From contig CABUDS010000010.1 of NCBI GenBank assembly GCA_902490405.1, forward strand, positions 142 through 64,141: a DNA stretch of 64,000 nucleotides. Direction: 5' to 3'. The notes beneath the pieces are model-generated. The model did not search any database and was not told the DNA's origin. It saw nothing but the letters and a program-made list of their open reading frames with translations. A program made the translations under genes and the position numbers. This document shows, in pieces, positions 53,586 through 63,868 of the stretch (positions within the stretch are counted from its first letter, which is position 1; each line of letters begins with the position of its first letter). The DNA is from an uncultured Collinsella sp. (GTDB taxonomy: Bacteria > Actinomycetota > Coriobacteriia > Coriobacteriales > Coriobacteriaceae).

Positions 53586-54326
53586 CTATTGCGCGGCGGC
53601 AATACGACGAACGATGTCAAGCGTGATGCCGCTCGCGGTGCGAGCGTACTCATCCAGATCGAACTCGCGCTCACAAAACGCGTCATATGCCTCGTCACAA
53701 TTATCGCTGATAGCGCGCAGCACCAGGCAATCGACACCATTCTTGGCCGCGATGTGCGCAATTGCCGCGCCCTCCATCTCGACGCAATCGGCATGCGTGG
53801 CCTCAATCGCAGCGTTACGCATGGCGTCACCCGTAACAAAGCGGTCACCCGTGGCGATAGTGCCACACAGGAACTGCTTGGGGTCCTTCTCCGCAGAAGT
53901 CTCCTCCGTCGAGGCATCCACAAATCCATGCTCGGCAAGCACGGCGGCAGCAACATCAACCAACGCCGGCGTCGAGACAAACTCCTCGAGCCCCGGCGCC
54001 GACTCGGCAATGAGTGCCGTGTCAGTATCCAGATAGCGCAGGCACTTGCCAATAACCACGTCGTTAATATGGAGCTTAGGGTTTAGGCCGCCCGCGATAC
54101 CCGAAAACACAACTGCCCGCGGGGCGTATTTGCTGATGAGATGCTGCGTTGCGGCGGCGGCATTCACGGTGCCCATGCCAGCGGTCGTGGCGACTACTGT
54201 CAGACCGTCAAGCTCGCCGCTTACAACGGTCAAGCCCGCCTCTTGCGACACATGAGCGCCGTTCAGTTCTTCTTTAATCTGCGTAACCTCTTTTTCGAGT
54301 GCGCCTATGATCGCGATGGTTGCCAT
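53586..54326 (-). CDS. mtnN: 5'-methylthioadenosine/S-adenosylhomocysteine nucleosidase
   Basis: MATIAIIGALEKEV... and FSGIAGGL, PNP/UDP-1 fold. Start moved to the ATG at 54326. Confidence 0.85.
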   Translation of the reverse strand: MATIAIIGALEKEVTQIKEELNGAHVSQEAGLTVVSGELDGLTVVATTAGMGTVNAAAATQHLISKYAPRAVVFSGIAGGLNPKLHINDVVIGKCLRYLDTDTALIAESAPGLEEFVSTPALVDVAAAVLAEHGFVDASTEETSAEKDPKQFLCGTIATGDRFVTGDAMRNAAIEATHADCVEMEGAAIAHIAAKNGVDCLVLRAISDNCDEAYDAFCEREFDLDEYARTASGITLDIVRRIAAAQ

Positions 54327-54406
54327 GCCATCCCCCCAAATTCGTGCAAATTGCTTATCCACGGTATGGTACCAGCATTTTGGTTCTTTCACTTTTTACG
54401 AAGTCG

Positions 54407-55525
54407 CTAGGCCAACGAGGACCGCACATCATAGAGCGCCTTTGCAATCGCAGCCGTAACCTCGCTCGAGCGATCGCTCCACGGCATCGACGTCATGACG
54501 CTCATAACATAGCTATGGCCGTCGACGTCGATCAGTCCGGCATCGCATGTCGAATAGCAACCGTCCTCGCTGATCCAACCCGCCTTGTTGCGCACCAAGA
54601 CCTGATCGTCCGCAATGCCATCGCGAATAAACGATCGGGTCGTAGAGGTCAGAAGGCCCGACAGCCATTGCGACGTCTCGGTGTCACAGCTCAAATACTC
54701 ACTCATCTCGCACCACAACTTGGCCGAGGTGCGCGGGCAGTAGGTCGGAAAATCACTCATCGGATCCAGTGCCGTTTCGTTATCAACACCCAGGTTGGCA
54801 ATCCAATCCTCATAGCCATCATGGTCAAACGCCGCGCGTAACGCGATAAACGAATCGTTGTCCGAGTTGACGACGGCATTCTCGATAAGGTCGCGTACCG
54901 TCTGCCAGCCCATGCTGTAACCACCATACGTGGCTAAAGCCCAATCGAGCGACACCTGCCCCGATTCGACCAACGTCTCGCAAATATAGAGCGCATACAG
55001 CGCCTTGTAACTGCTCGCTCCATACACCGCGACATCGGCGTTATACGTCACGCCCCTACCGCTCGATAGGTCGTAGAACACTACGCCTGCGTCGCCCAGC
55101 TCCTGCGCCCGACTCAGGGCATCCTGGAGCGAGGTAAGGCTCTGATCCTCCAAGGTAGGAGTCTTGTTATCCACCAACGAGAAGGTTTGAACGGTATCAC
55201 CCGAAGGGATATCGTTGAAGTCCGCCTTCGAAAGTCTCGTCTTGAGATCTGCCGTCGACAGAGCTTGATCTGCCGACGCTTTGGACTTTGAAACCTTCTC
55301 GTTTTGCAGCTGTACCGTTGACGCATCTGAGCGCACCGTTCGCTCCAAGGCGTGGGTTTTAACGGCAATTCCGAGGATAAAAACCGCTAACGCTAGCATT
55401 CCTATGGCGGCAATCTTCGCCCCGCGAAAGCGAGCGTCGGCAAGGCCGCGCGAAGACGTGCCCTTCGTCTCATATCTGCTGCCATGCTGCGGCACATACT
55501 CGTCCCGCGATTTGCCCTTTCGCAC
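54407..55525 (-). CDS. membrane-anchored serine hydrolase, class A beta-lactamase/transpeptidase-like
   Basis: One TM helix (IAAIGMLALAVFILGIAV) and an S-x-x-K candidate (ASSYK). GTG start at 55525 after AGGAG is preferred over the ORF maximum at 55603. Confidence 0.55.
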   Translation of the reverse strand: MRKGKSRDEYVPQHGSRYETKGTSSRGLADARFRGAKIAAIGMLALAVFILGIAVKTHALERTVRSDASTVQLQNEKVSKSKASADQALSTADLKTRLSKADFNDIPSGDTVQTFSLVDNKTPTLEDQSLTSLQDALSRAQELGDAGVVFYDLSSGRGVTYNADVAVYGASSYKALYALYICETLVESGQVSLDWALATYGGYSMGWQTVRDLIENAVVNSDNDSFIALRAAFDHDGYEDWIANLGVDNETALDPMSDFPTYCPRTSAKLWCEMSEYLSCDTETSQWLSGLLTSTTRSFIRDGIADDQVLVRNKAGWISEDGCYSTCDAGLIDVDGHSYVMSVMTSMPWSDRSSEVTAAIAKALYDVRSSLA

Positions 55526-55683
55526 GTGGTCTCCTGATTGTGACCGTTCATATACGAGCAGCATAATACTGAGCAGCCATTTCTTTCCCAAATTGTTTGA
55601 CACCGTTTAAGGCGTCTTTAAAGAAACCACAAGCGTATTTATCCAAATGGCACGATTCTGTTGCGCATCTCCGCCCAAAACGC

Positions 55684-55750
55684 AGTTGCGGTGAAATAGT
55701 TCCTGTTTGGACAGCATAGGCCGATACACAAGAACTATTCCACCGCAACT
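55684..55750. repeat. AGTTGCGGTGA-type inverted-repeat element, copy G3
   Basis: 19-bp arms 55684-55702 / 55732-55750 with 1 mismatch. Lies downstream of pflA. Confidence 0.85.
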
Positions 55751-55820
55751 TGACGGGGCTCTTTAGCAATCAACTAGGCGCCCGGGGGCACTCATTTAAG
55801 TCTGTCCCCAATGAGTGCTG

Positions 55821-56660
55821 CTAGCCGATGGCGTTTTTGAGTTCCGTACGGCGCTTTTTCATGCCGGTCATAACGGCATTGCGCAACTCGGGCATGCGCG
55901 CGGTATCCATCTGGGGCACGCCCTCAAGCTTATAGGGAATGCCCAGCTGCTCGTACTTGACAACACCCATCGTGTGATACGGCAGCATCTCCAGGCCGAC
56001 CACGTTATGCCACGGGGCAATCAGGCGGCCGAGTGCCTCGCACTCCTCCACCGTGTCGGTAATGCCCGGCACCACCACGTGACGGATAACGACCTTGATC
56101 TTGCGACGCGCGAGCTCATCACCAAACGCCAGAATGCGTGCGGGATCGCAACCGGTCAACTTTTTATGCTCGACGGGATCGGCGTGTTTAATGTCGAGCA
56201 GCACCATATCGGTCTCGTTGAGCACAGCATCGAACTTCTCCGGATGCTTGGGATCAAACGCATATCCGCAGCTATCAAGGCAGGTGTGCACGCGACCATC
56301 GGGGTTGTTATGCATGGCACGGAACAGGTCGGCCAAAAACTCGGGCTGCAGGAGCGGCTCGCCACCCGAAACCGTAATTCCGCCGCTGCGGTAAAACTCA
56401 TGGTTACTCTGGAACTCGTCCATCAGGTGCTCGACGGTCACCATGGTGCCGCCGTTAACCGACCAGGTATCGGGGTTGTGGCAATACGCACAACGCATGG
56501 GGCAGCCCTGAACAAACACCACAAAGCGGATGCCGGGTCCGTCGACAGTTCCCATCGTTTCAATCGAATGTACGCGGCCCAGGGTAAACGCAGAGTCCTC
56601 GGGACGAGCATCCACACCTTCGAGCGTCATCTCAGCCATTCCCGCTACCTTGCCTTTCAT
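55821..56660 (-). CDS. pflA: pyruvate formate-lyase activating enzyme (radical SAM)
   Basis: GRVHSIETMGTVDGPGIRFVVFVQGCPMRCAYCHNPDTW. The real start may be an internal ATG (56639 or 56630). Confidence 0.9.
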   Translation of the reverse strand: MKGKVAGMAEMTLEGVDARPEDSAFTLGRVHSIETMGTVDGPGIRFVVFVQGCPMRCAYCHNPDTWSVNGGTMVTVEHLMDEFQSNHEFYRSGGITVSGGEPLLQPEFLADLFRAMHNNPDGRVHTCLDSCGYAFDPKHPEKFDAVLNETDMVLLDIKHADPVEHKKLTGCDPARILAFGDELARRKIKVVIRHVVVPGITDTVEECEALGRLIAPWHNVVGLEMLPYHTMGVVKYEQLGIPYKLEGVPQMDTARMPELRNAVMTGMKKRRTELKNAIG

Positions 56661-56826
56661 TGGTTTTAGCTACATAAATGCCAGAGTCATTCTAGCCCAT
56701 ACGCATGATGGCGAAACGGTTTAGCGGTCAATTGGGTTATCCTATTTGGCCCTACGCAAGAGCGGCGGGAGGGTTGTCGCAACCCGCCCGCCGCTGTGGC
56801 GATAGATATCAATAGACGCCAGGCCT

Positions 56827-57681
56827 TTACGCCTTAAGCGTGAGCACCGCACCGAAGGCGGTCGGGCCGCAGTGGCTCGAGATGACGCCGCCAACCTGAG
56901 TCCAGGTAATGTCCTTAAAGCCCAGGTCGCGCGCATAGACTTCCATGTCGTCGCGCAACTCCTCGGAAAGACCCACCGAATACGCCAGGCCAATATGCGA
57001 GTAGTCGATCTCGCCCTTCGTTACCATGTGGTCAAGAAAGGCACGGGCGCACTTGAGCATAGAACCGCGGAACTTCTTGGTCGCCACGAATTTACCACCC
57101 GTCACCTCGATGCAGGGCTTAATCTTGAGCAGGTGGGCGCCAAGGAATGCCACGTTGGACAGACGACCTCCCGCCTTAAGGAAGGCAAGGTCGGTAGGAA
57201 CAAAGCCCAACAGCACGCGGTCCATGACGGAATTCGTAAATGCAAAGATCTCGTCGACGGTGGCATCGGGGTGGGCCTCGATGTATTTGGCAGTCTCGAC
57301 GACAACGAGCGACTGGCCTACCGAGACAAAGCGCGTGTCCATGGAGAACACGTAGTCGCGCCCCTCCGCTGCAATCTTCGAGGACTGATGCGAACAGGTC
57401 GTGGCCTCGGAATATGCAAGATGCAAAATGGTCGCGTCGGGCTGCTCGGCATGAATGCGGTCGTACACGTGAGCAAAATCCGCAGGCGAGCAGCCACTGG
57501 TCTTGGGCATCACACCAAACTCGTTACAGCGCGAGTAAATCTCGAGCGGATCGATCGAGCCGTCCTCGACGGTCTCGTCACCAATCGTGACATGCATAGG
57601 CACGCGCACGATGCCGTAGCGCTCGCAGAGCTCCGGCGTCACATCCGACCCAGACTCAACCACGATTACGTACTTGCCCAT
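56827..57681 (-). CDS. DegV-family fatty-acid-binding protein
   Basis: MGKYVIVVESGSDVTPEL... is a typical DegV N-terminus. Start moved to 57681. Confidence 0.9.
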   Translation of the reverse strand: MGKYVIVVESGSDVTPELCERYGIVRVPMHVTIGDETVEDGSIDPLEIYSRCNEFGVMPKTSGCSPADFAHVYDRIHAEQPDATILHLAYSEATTCSHQSSKIAAEGRDYVFSMDTRFVSVGQSLVVVETAKYIEAHPDATVDEIFAFTNSVMDRVLLGFVPTDLAFLKAGGRLSNVAFLGAHLLKIKPCIEVTGGKFVATKKFRGSMLKCARAFLDHMVTKGEIDYSHIGLAYSVGLSEELRDDMEVYARDLGFKDITWTQVGGVISSHCGPTAFGAVLTLKA

Positions 57682-57949
57682 TATCATCACAACCCATCTC
57701 GACGTTGGCTTTTGAATATGTGACGCACGTCCGCCGTCCTGCTGCAGAACGGCCTCCAAGCGCCAAAGAGACGCCGCCCCTTGCACACAACAATGGACAG
57801 CGTCTCCCTGGAAAACTCCGTGCTTATCTGAGATTCTACACGGTTTATTAAGGAGTGTTACTTATTCCGCAAACGGTAGCTATACGCGATAAACGGTAGC
57901 CACCAAGAAAGCCCATGTATCCAAAACGCCACGGTCTTTCATAATGCAG

Positions 57950-59392
57950 CTAACGAGCCAGACGGTAAAGCTCCATCGAGACGTCACCCTCAGCGCGCAG
58001 CTGCATCACCGGTGTTGCGGACGAATAGGTGCGACTCGTAAGCGCAACCTCGCCGTCGTTGACAAATACCTCGATCATCGTGGTATCCGAAAGGACTCGC
58101 AAGTCGCAAAGCTCGTCGAGCTCAACCGACCTCTCGTCGCGCCCATGGCTCTCATCGCCCATATCGAGCGTGAGCATTCCATTGGCATAGCGCACGACAA
58201 CGCCCTCACGAACTTCCAGCTCGACAGATTTCGCCCCCTGGCACGACACGACGGCATCAAACAGCCTGCCGGGGCAGTCGACGGTCTCGCCGGCGGCCAC
58301 CGAAACACACTCCTTGCGCAGTTGCTCGATCTCGCGCGCGGGCCACTGACAGAGCTTACCGTCGCGCATATTCAGCACCCTCGGCACGGTAAGCGCGCAC
58401 TGCCATCCGCGTTCCACCGTCGGGTATTGAGCCGTTGCATCGGGACAGCCCGCCCAACCGATCATAATCCGTCGGCCATCGGCATCTGCAAATGATTGAG
58501 GGGCATAGAAGTCAAAACCTGCATCGACCATCTGGGGCTTGCCCGATTCGACAATGGCAAAGCAAGGCTTTTCCCAATCGGCCTTGATGCGGAACCACAC
58601 GCACTGGTGCGGGTTTCGGTAACGCCAACCATCGGCGGGCACGCCCTGTGGGCAGCAAACGAGGATTAACTCGCCATCGAGCTCAAACAGATCCGGGCAC
58701 TCCCACATAAAACCGAACTTCTCGCCGAGTTCAATACGCGTCGCATATTGCCAGCCCTCTAGATCGAGCGAAGTATAGACAAGCACACAGCCACGGTCGT
58801 CTTTCGTACGAGCGCCCAGAACCATGTAGTAGATACCGTCGTGTTCAAGGATTTTGGGGTCGCGTACGTGCGTACCGATATCGTCGGGGTAATCGACCGG
58901 CCCAACAGCCGTGCGCTTCTCCCCCAATTTATCGGGGTTCTCGGCAACCATATGAATTTGGTTTTGCTCACGGCCCGTCAACACGTAGTCGTAATCATCG
59001 CGGTCAAAATGCTTGACGTTGCCGGTATAGAAGTAGTGAATCTTGCCGCCGTGTACAAAGGCAGAACCAGAATACGCTCCACTCGAATCCAAATCAGAAT
59101 CGGGGAACAGCACAGGGCCACGATTCTCGTACGTCACAAAATCCTTTGTTGTCAGATGATTCCAAAGCACTGGACCGCCATGCGCAGCATCGAACGGATC
59201 GTATTGATGATAGATGTGATACGTATCACCAATCTGCACCAAACCGTTGGGGTCGTTGAGCCAGCCAAGCTCAGGCTCCACATGGAACAAAAGCCTATCG
59301 GGGTCGGACGCGATGCGAGCCGCCGTCTCATCCTGTCCAGCTCGCCATTGCTCATAGTCCGCGCGTGTCACCTTATTTTTTTGATTAAACAT
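57950..59392 (-). CDS. sucrose-6-phosphate hydrolase (GH32)
   Basis: WLNDPNGL, RDP (HVRDPKI) and EC (MWECPDLF) catalytic motifs. Adjacent to a sucrose-type PTS gene. Confidence 0.9.
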   Translation of the reverse strand: MFNQKNKVTRADYEQWRAGQDETAARIASDPDRLLFHVEPELGWLNDPNGLVQIGDTYHIYHQYDPFDAAHGGPVLWNHLTTKDFVTYENRGPVLFPDSDLDSSGAYSGSAFVHGGKIHYFYTGNVKHFDRDDYDYVLTGREQNQIHMVAENPDKLGEKRTAVGPVDYPDDIGTHVRDPKILEHDGIYYMVLGARTKDDRGCVLVYTSLDLEGWQYATRIELGEKFGFMWECPDLFELDGELILVCCPQGVPADGWRYRNPHQCVWFRIKADWEKPCFAIVESGKPQMVDAGFDFYAPQSFADADGRRIMIGWAGCPDATAQYPTVERGWQCALTVPRVLNMRDGKLCQWPAREIEQLRKECVSVAAGETVDCPGRLFDAVVSCQGAKSVELEVREGVVVRYANGMLTLDMGDESHGRDERSVELDELCDLRVLSDTTMIEVFVNDGEVALTSRTYSSATPVMQLRAEGDVSMELYRLAR

Positions 59393-59493
59393 CGCCGTTG
59401 ACTTTCTCGTCTATAGGAAAGGACGCTCGACTCACACGAGCCGAACGCCCTTCCTCAAATGGACTTATCCGCACATTACGCTGAACGGCTCAA

Positions 59494-60945
59494 CTAGAAG
59501 CTGACATCGAAGCCAGCGCCCGCGCCCTCCTCATCGGTGGTCGGAACGCCCTTTGCCTTGTTGTAGGCAAAGATCAGGATGATTGGAACGAGGAAGGCGA
59601 TCAGATTGCCAGCCACATACCACACGAGGGTCTCGGGCGTGACGATGAGCAGGCCAAGTACGCCGGTCAGACCCTGACCGATAGCGCGCACCTCAAAGAG
59701 CTTCACGAAGGCACCGCCGCAGCCCGCACCGATGCAGGCGCAGATGAACGGGATGATCGAGTAGCGCATGTTTGCAGCAAAGATTGCGGGCTCGGAGATA
59801 CCGACCAGCGTCGGGATAAAGGAAGACATGCAGATATTGCGCTCTTTGGAGTGCTTCTTGTGAATGAGATACATGCCGACGGCGCCACCGCCCTGGGCGA
59901 TGATGGAAACCGACCAGATGGCCTGGATGTAATTGAAGCCGGTCGTGGCGACGAGGTTGGCCTCGATACCCTGAATGAACTGGTGCGTACCGGTAACGAC
60001 AAGCGGCTGCAGGAACGCGGCAAAGACGAAGGCACCAAAGACGCCCATCCTGTTGTACAGGACGTCGATCACGCCAGCGAGAACATCGCCAATCAGGTTG
60101 CCGAGCGGGCCGAACACGGTGAACAGGGCGACGTTAGCAAGAATCAGGGTAACGGTCGGGACAAAGACGAACGAAACGACCTCGGGGATGTACTTCTGGG
60201 CAATCTTCTCGACCTTGGCCATAAACCAGGCAGTCAGGATTGCAGGGAACACGCCGCCCTGGAAAGCAACCATGGGAATGGAGAGCGGACCAAAGTTCCA
60301 GTACTCAGCACCCGACGGATCCATAACAAACGCATTGCGGTTCATAAGGCTCGGGTGAACCATGACGATACCGACGAGGATGCCCAGAATCGGGTTACCG
60401 CCAAAACGCTTCACCGCGCTGTACATAACCAGGACAGGCAGGTAGTCAAACGTGGTGGCGATAATGGCAAAGAAGCTTGCGAGGTTCTTGAGGAACTCGC
60501 TGTGATCGGCAAGGCTGCCTTCCATGCCAAAGAGGCCGTTGGCAACGATCAGGGACTTAAGGCCGATGATGATAGCAGCGCCGACGAAAGCGGGGATGAT
60601 GGGGATAAAGATGTCCGAGAATACCTTGAGGACCGAGAAGAACTTGCCCTTCTTGTCCGCCTCGGCGCCCTTGACCTCGGAAGCGCTGATCTCCTTAACG
60701 CCCGTCAGAGCCATAAACTCATCGTAGACCTTGTTGACGGTACCGGTACCGAAGATGATCATGAGCTGGCCGCTGTTGTACAGCACGCCCTTGACGCCAT
60801 CGATGTTCTCGAGCTCGGCCTTGTTGTACTTGCTCGTATCCTTGAGCACCAGACGCAGACGCGTAACGCAATGCGTGGCGCCCTCGATGTTCTCCAGACC
60901 GCCGACGTTATCGACGACTTGCTGAGACACTATTTTGTAGTCCAT
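59494..60945 (-). CDS. PTS sucrose/beta-glucoside-family EIIBC component
   Basis: EIIB Cys motif ATHCVTRLRL, then a polytopic EIIC domain. Start at MDYK (60945). Confidence 0.9.
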   Translation of the reverse strand: MDYKIVSQQVVDNVGGLENIEGATHCVTRLRLVLKDTSKYNKAELENIDGVKGVLYNSGQLMIIFGTGTVNKVYDEFMALTGVKEISASEVKGAEADKKGKFFSVLKVFSDIFIPIIPAFVGAAIIIGLKSLIVANGLFGMEGSLADHSEFLKNLASFFAIIATTFDYLPVLVMYSAVKRFGGNPILGILVGIVMVHPSLMNRNAFVMDPSGAEYWNFGPLSIPMVAFQGGVFPAILTAWFMAKVEKIAQKYIPEVVSFVFVPTVTLILANVALFTVFGPLGNLIGDVLAGVIDVLYNRMGVFGAFVFAAFLQPLVVTGTHQFIQGIEANLVATTGFNYIQAIWSVSIIAQGGGAVGMYLIHKKHSKERNICMSSFIPTLVGISEPAIFAANMRYSIIPFICACIGAGCGGAFVKLFEVRAIGQGLTGVLGLLIVTPETLVWYVAGNLIAFLVPIILIFAYNKAKGVPTTDEEGAGAGFDVSF

Positions 60946-60990
60946 GTTCCTCTCCATTCCCTTACGAAATCATAAGACGTTTTGATGCCA

Positions 60991-62373
60991 TTACAGAGAC
61001 GCGATCGTTGCATTTGCACACTTGAGCGTACCGTCGGTGACCGTCAGCGCCACACCCTGTCCCTGCTTATTGCAGAAGCGAGCGTTAAGCGCAACATCAT
61101 CGACAAAGATGGTCGCGATATCGTCGTCAACGACCAGGCGCACATGATGAGTGCCCTCGCCCTTAAAGAACAACGGACGCTCGAGGCCCATGTTGTTGAC
61201 CTGGAACCACGGATACTGGGGGGCCGCCGTAAACTCGAGCTTGCCCTCACGCAGGTTGGCGCGGAACTCATAGGCAAGACCGGACTCGGCGTCCTCGGCG
61301 AGCTTCACCGAGAAGCCGGCAGCGTCACCGGCGAGCTCGATGTCGGCGTCGAGCATATAGGTGGAACCGGCATCCGCAGCGAGCACCTGCTCGACCTTGC
61401 CCGACTCGCAGGAAAGCTCAAAGGCCTCGACTGCCTTAGCCTCGCCAAAGGCGCCAAGCATGCTGTCGGGGAGTTTGGTGCCAAGCGTTCCGTCGGCACG
61501 CTGAACGATCTCGAGGGGCATAAAGGTGCCACCCCACAGGTAAGAGCTGGGGTCGCCGCCCTCGTCACGCGTAGGAACCCAACCAAAGAGAACGCGGCGC
61601 TCGCCATCAAATGCGGTACGTGCGGCATAGTACGCGCGGCCATCGAAGGAATCGTCCGCAGGAGTGATCCAGGGACCGTTGATAGAGCGAGACATGCGGT
61701 AACGGGTCTTGTTGCCATCACTGTACTCAGAGAACACCAGATACCACCAGTCGCCCATCTTAAAGAGATCGGGCATCTCGAACATGGTGTACAGGCCCGG
61801 ATTCCACCAGTCGCCCTGGAACTCCCAGGTATCCAGGTCCTTGGAGGTGAACTTGACCAGACGACCGGTCATCAGACGCTTGTCCTCGCCCACACGCGTG
61901 CCGAGGATGAGCATGTACTCTTCGTTCTCCTCATCCCAAAGCACAAAGGGATCGCGCCAGTTGCGGTCATCGTAACCCTCCTGGGGCGGAAGCAGCGTCT
62001 CGGCGATGTTCTTCTCCCACTTGACGGCGTCGTCACTCGTTGCGTGAAGAAGAACCTGCTTCATCAAACGTGCGCTGACCTTATCGCGATTGCAACCAGT
62101 GTAGAGCGCATGGTACTTGTCGCCCACCTTAAACACCGTGCCGGCATAAACGTACTGGTCGACCTCCTCGTCGCCGCCACGCTCAAGGCTCTCGCCAAAG
62201 TCCTTGTAGTTGACGAAATCCTTGGTCGTCGCGAGTGCCCAGCCAAACGGCTCTCCGAAAGGTTCGGGGTTACGCGTGTCACGCTGATGATAGAGATAGA
62301 ACGTGCCGTCCTCGCCGTACGGCATGATGTCGCCTACCCAAATTCCCTCAGGCTGGTAATACACCTTGTGCAT
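60991..62373 (-). CDS. GH32-family glycoside hydrolase (beta-fructofuranosidase-like, variant motifs)
   Basis: WVGDIMPY in place of WMNDPNG, RDP (NWRDPFV), EMPDLF in place of ECPDLF. Start at the ATG 62373 after GGAAAGGAAG. Confidence 0.85.
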   Translation of the reverse strand: MHKVYYQPEGIWVGDIMPYGEDGTFYLYHQRDTRNPEPFGEPFGWALATTKDFVNYKDFGESLERGGDEEVDQYVYAGTVFKVGDKYHALYTGCNRDKVSARLMKQVLLHATSDDAVKWEKNIAETLLPPQEGYDDRNWRDPFVLWDEENEEYMLILGTRVGEDKRLMTGRLVKFTSKDLDTWEFQGDWWNPGLYTMFEMPDLFKMGDWWYLVFSEYSDGNKTRYRMSRSINGPWITPADDSFDGRAYYAARTAFDGERRVLFGWVPTRDEGGDPSSYLWGGTFMPLEIVQRADGTLGTKLPDSMLGAFGEAKAVEAFELSCESGKVEQVLAADAGSTYMLDADIELAGDAAGFSVKLAEDAESGLAYEFRANLREGKLEFTAAPQYPWFQVNNMGLERPLFFKGEGTHHVRLVVDDDIATIFVDDVALNARFCNKQGQGVALTVTDGTLKCANATIASL

Positions 62374-62421
62374 CCGAGACTTCCTTTCCACGACATACTA
62401 ACTCGGTACAATGGCAAGATA

Positions 62422-62453
62422 TGTCAATCGTTTTCATATGTCAAACGTTTTCA
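62422..62453. promoter_or_regulatory. two tandem LacI-family operator or cre-like sites
   Basis: TGTCAATCGTTTTCA (62422-62436) and TGTCAAACGTTTTCA (62439-62453), 50-80 nt upstream of the GH32/PTS operon. Confidence 0.5.
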
Positions 62454-62556
62454 CACCAATACGTCTTTTCGCAGTTCCAGTCGTCGGCAAACGGTTGACA
62501 TATGCCGGCGAACGGTAATCAGAAGCATTTGAGGAATTCTTTTAGCACGGGATGAA

Positions 62557-63567
62557 CTACGCGGTTTTGCCCTCAATAAGTTCAACGGGGAGTTTTATAT
62601 TCGATTCGGGCATATCGCCGTTAATCAGAGCGATGATGGATTGCGCCGCGAGCTCTCCGATGCGATCGATATCTTGGCGTACGGTTGTTAGGTCAGGCAT
62701 AAACGTCATGGTGCGGCGGGCACCATCCGCGCCCACGACCTTAATATCGTCAGGAGCACTCAAGCCGCGCTGCTTCATCATGTTGAGGCAGATGGCCGCC
62801 ATCGTGTCGTCTCCCGCAAAGATGCCGTCAATATCGGGGTTCTCATCGAGAATCTTCGCGACGACCGCGCCCTTTTCGTCGTCGGGCTTAACGAACTCGA
62901 CCTCACGGACAAGCGCGGACAAACCGGCCTGCTCAACAACATCGAGGTAGGCATCGGTACGCTTATTGGCAGGCATGCGCATGCGGCTATTGCTGCGCAG
63001 GCACAGGATACGCCTGCAGCCGTCATCAATCAGACGGCGCGTGGCGAGCTCGCCGATGCCATAGCTGTCACTTGCAATCTGGACAGAGCCCTCGCCAAGA
63101 TCGCAGTCGATGCCAACCAGGCTCAAGCCCATCTCGGCATATGCCTCGGCACCGATATTGAGGGAGTTGACGATTACGCCGTCGACCATATTGCGGCGGA
63201 GCATGTCAATATAGGAACGCTCAAGATCGGGTCGATTGGCGCTGTTGCACAGCAACATCTTAAAGCCGTTTTCCGCCAACGTGCGCTCGACCGCCTGCAC
63301 AACCTGAGCATGGAACGGGCTGCTCACAAAGGGAACGATCATGCCGATAAGGTTCAGGCGACCGTTGAGCATGGCGCGGGCGATATCGTTGGGCGTATAG
63401 TTGATACGCTCCATCGCGGCATGGACCTTATCGCGGGTCTCTTGGCTAATATAGCCGCGATTATTAAGCACGCGAGATACCGTAGTAGGCGAAACCCCCG
63501 CCACCGCTGCAACTTCCTTGATGCCAGGCTTAGCCATATCCTTAGAACGAGCACCCTCGCGAGCCAT
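62557..63567 (-). CDS. LacI-family transcriptional regulator
   Basis: HTH IKEVAAVAGVSPTTVSRVLNN plus a periplasmic-binding-protein-like core. ATG at 63567 after GGAGGG preferred. Confidence 0.9.
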   Translation of the reverse strand: MAREGARSKDMAKPGIKEVAAVAGVSPTTVSRVLNNRGYISQETRDKVHAAMERINYTPNDIARAMLNGRLNLIGMIVPFVSSPFHAQVVQAVERTLAENGFKMLLCNSANRPDLERSYIDMLRRNMVDGVIVNSLNIGAEAYAEMGLSLVGIDCDLGEGSVQIASDSYGIGELATRRLIDDGCRRILCLRSNSRMRMPANKRTDAYLDVVEQAGLSALVREVEFVKPDDEKGAVVAKILDENPDIDGIFAGDDTMAAICLNMMKQRGLSAPDDIKVVGADGARRTMTFMPDLTTVRQDIDRIGELAAQSIIALINGDMPESNIKLPVELIEGKTA

Positions 63568-63587
63568 AGCACCCTCCCCCATCAACA

Positions 63588-63602
63588 TGTCATACGTTTA
63601 CA
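63588..63602. promoter_or_regulatory. third LacI-type operator-like site upstream of the LacI gene
   Basis: TGTCATACGTTTACA shares TGTCAnnCGTTTnCA with the sites at 62422 and 62439. Confidence 0.4.
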
Positions 63603-63707
63603 TACGAACAAAGCATACCCCAACAACAGTGGGAAAACGGTAACAGTACAAGTAAGTAAACGACTCATCCAAATAATTAGGAGAGTTCCGCCTAAAGGGT
63701 GACTACA

Positions 63708-63853
63708 CAGGACCCCGCCGGGGCTGTTTGGGCTACCTCCCAAAAAATTCCGCAGGACGCAAGAAGCCCTCGCCGCACGAAGTGCGCAGCGAGGGCTTCT
63801 TGCATGTCCGAGGACGTTTTGGGAGGTAGCCCAAACAGCCCCGGCGATCCTGC
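63708..63853 (-). repeat. nested double-hairpin 3' element, copy B (after pflB)
   Basis: Outer arms 63716-63745 / 63817-63846 (30 bp perfect, extendable with mismatches to 63708-63853). Inner stem 63761-63773 / 63789-63801 (13 bp). The reverse complement shows CGTCCTCGGACATG, loop TGCGCACTTCGTGCG, and CGTCCTGCGGAA. Confidence 0.9.
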
Positions 63854-63868
63854 GGGAGTTAAATCCCT

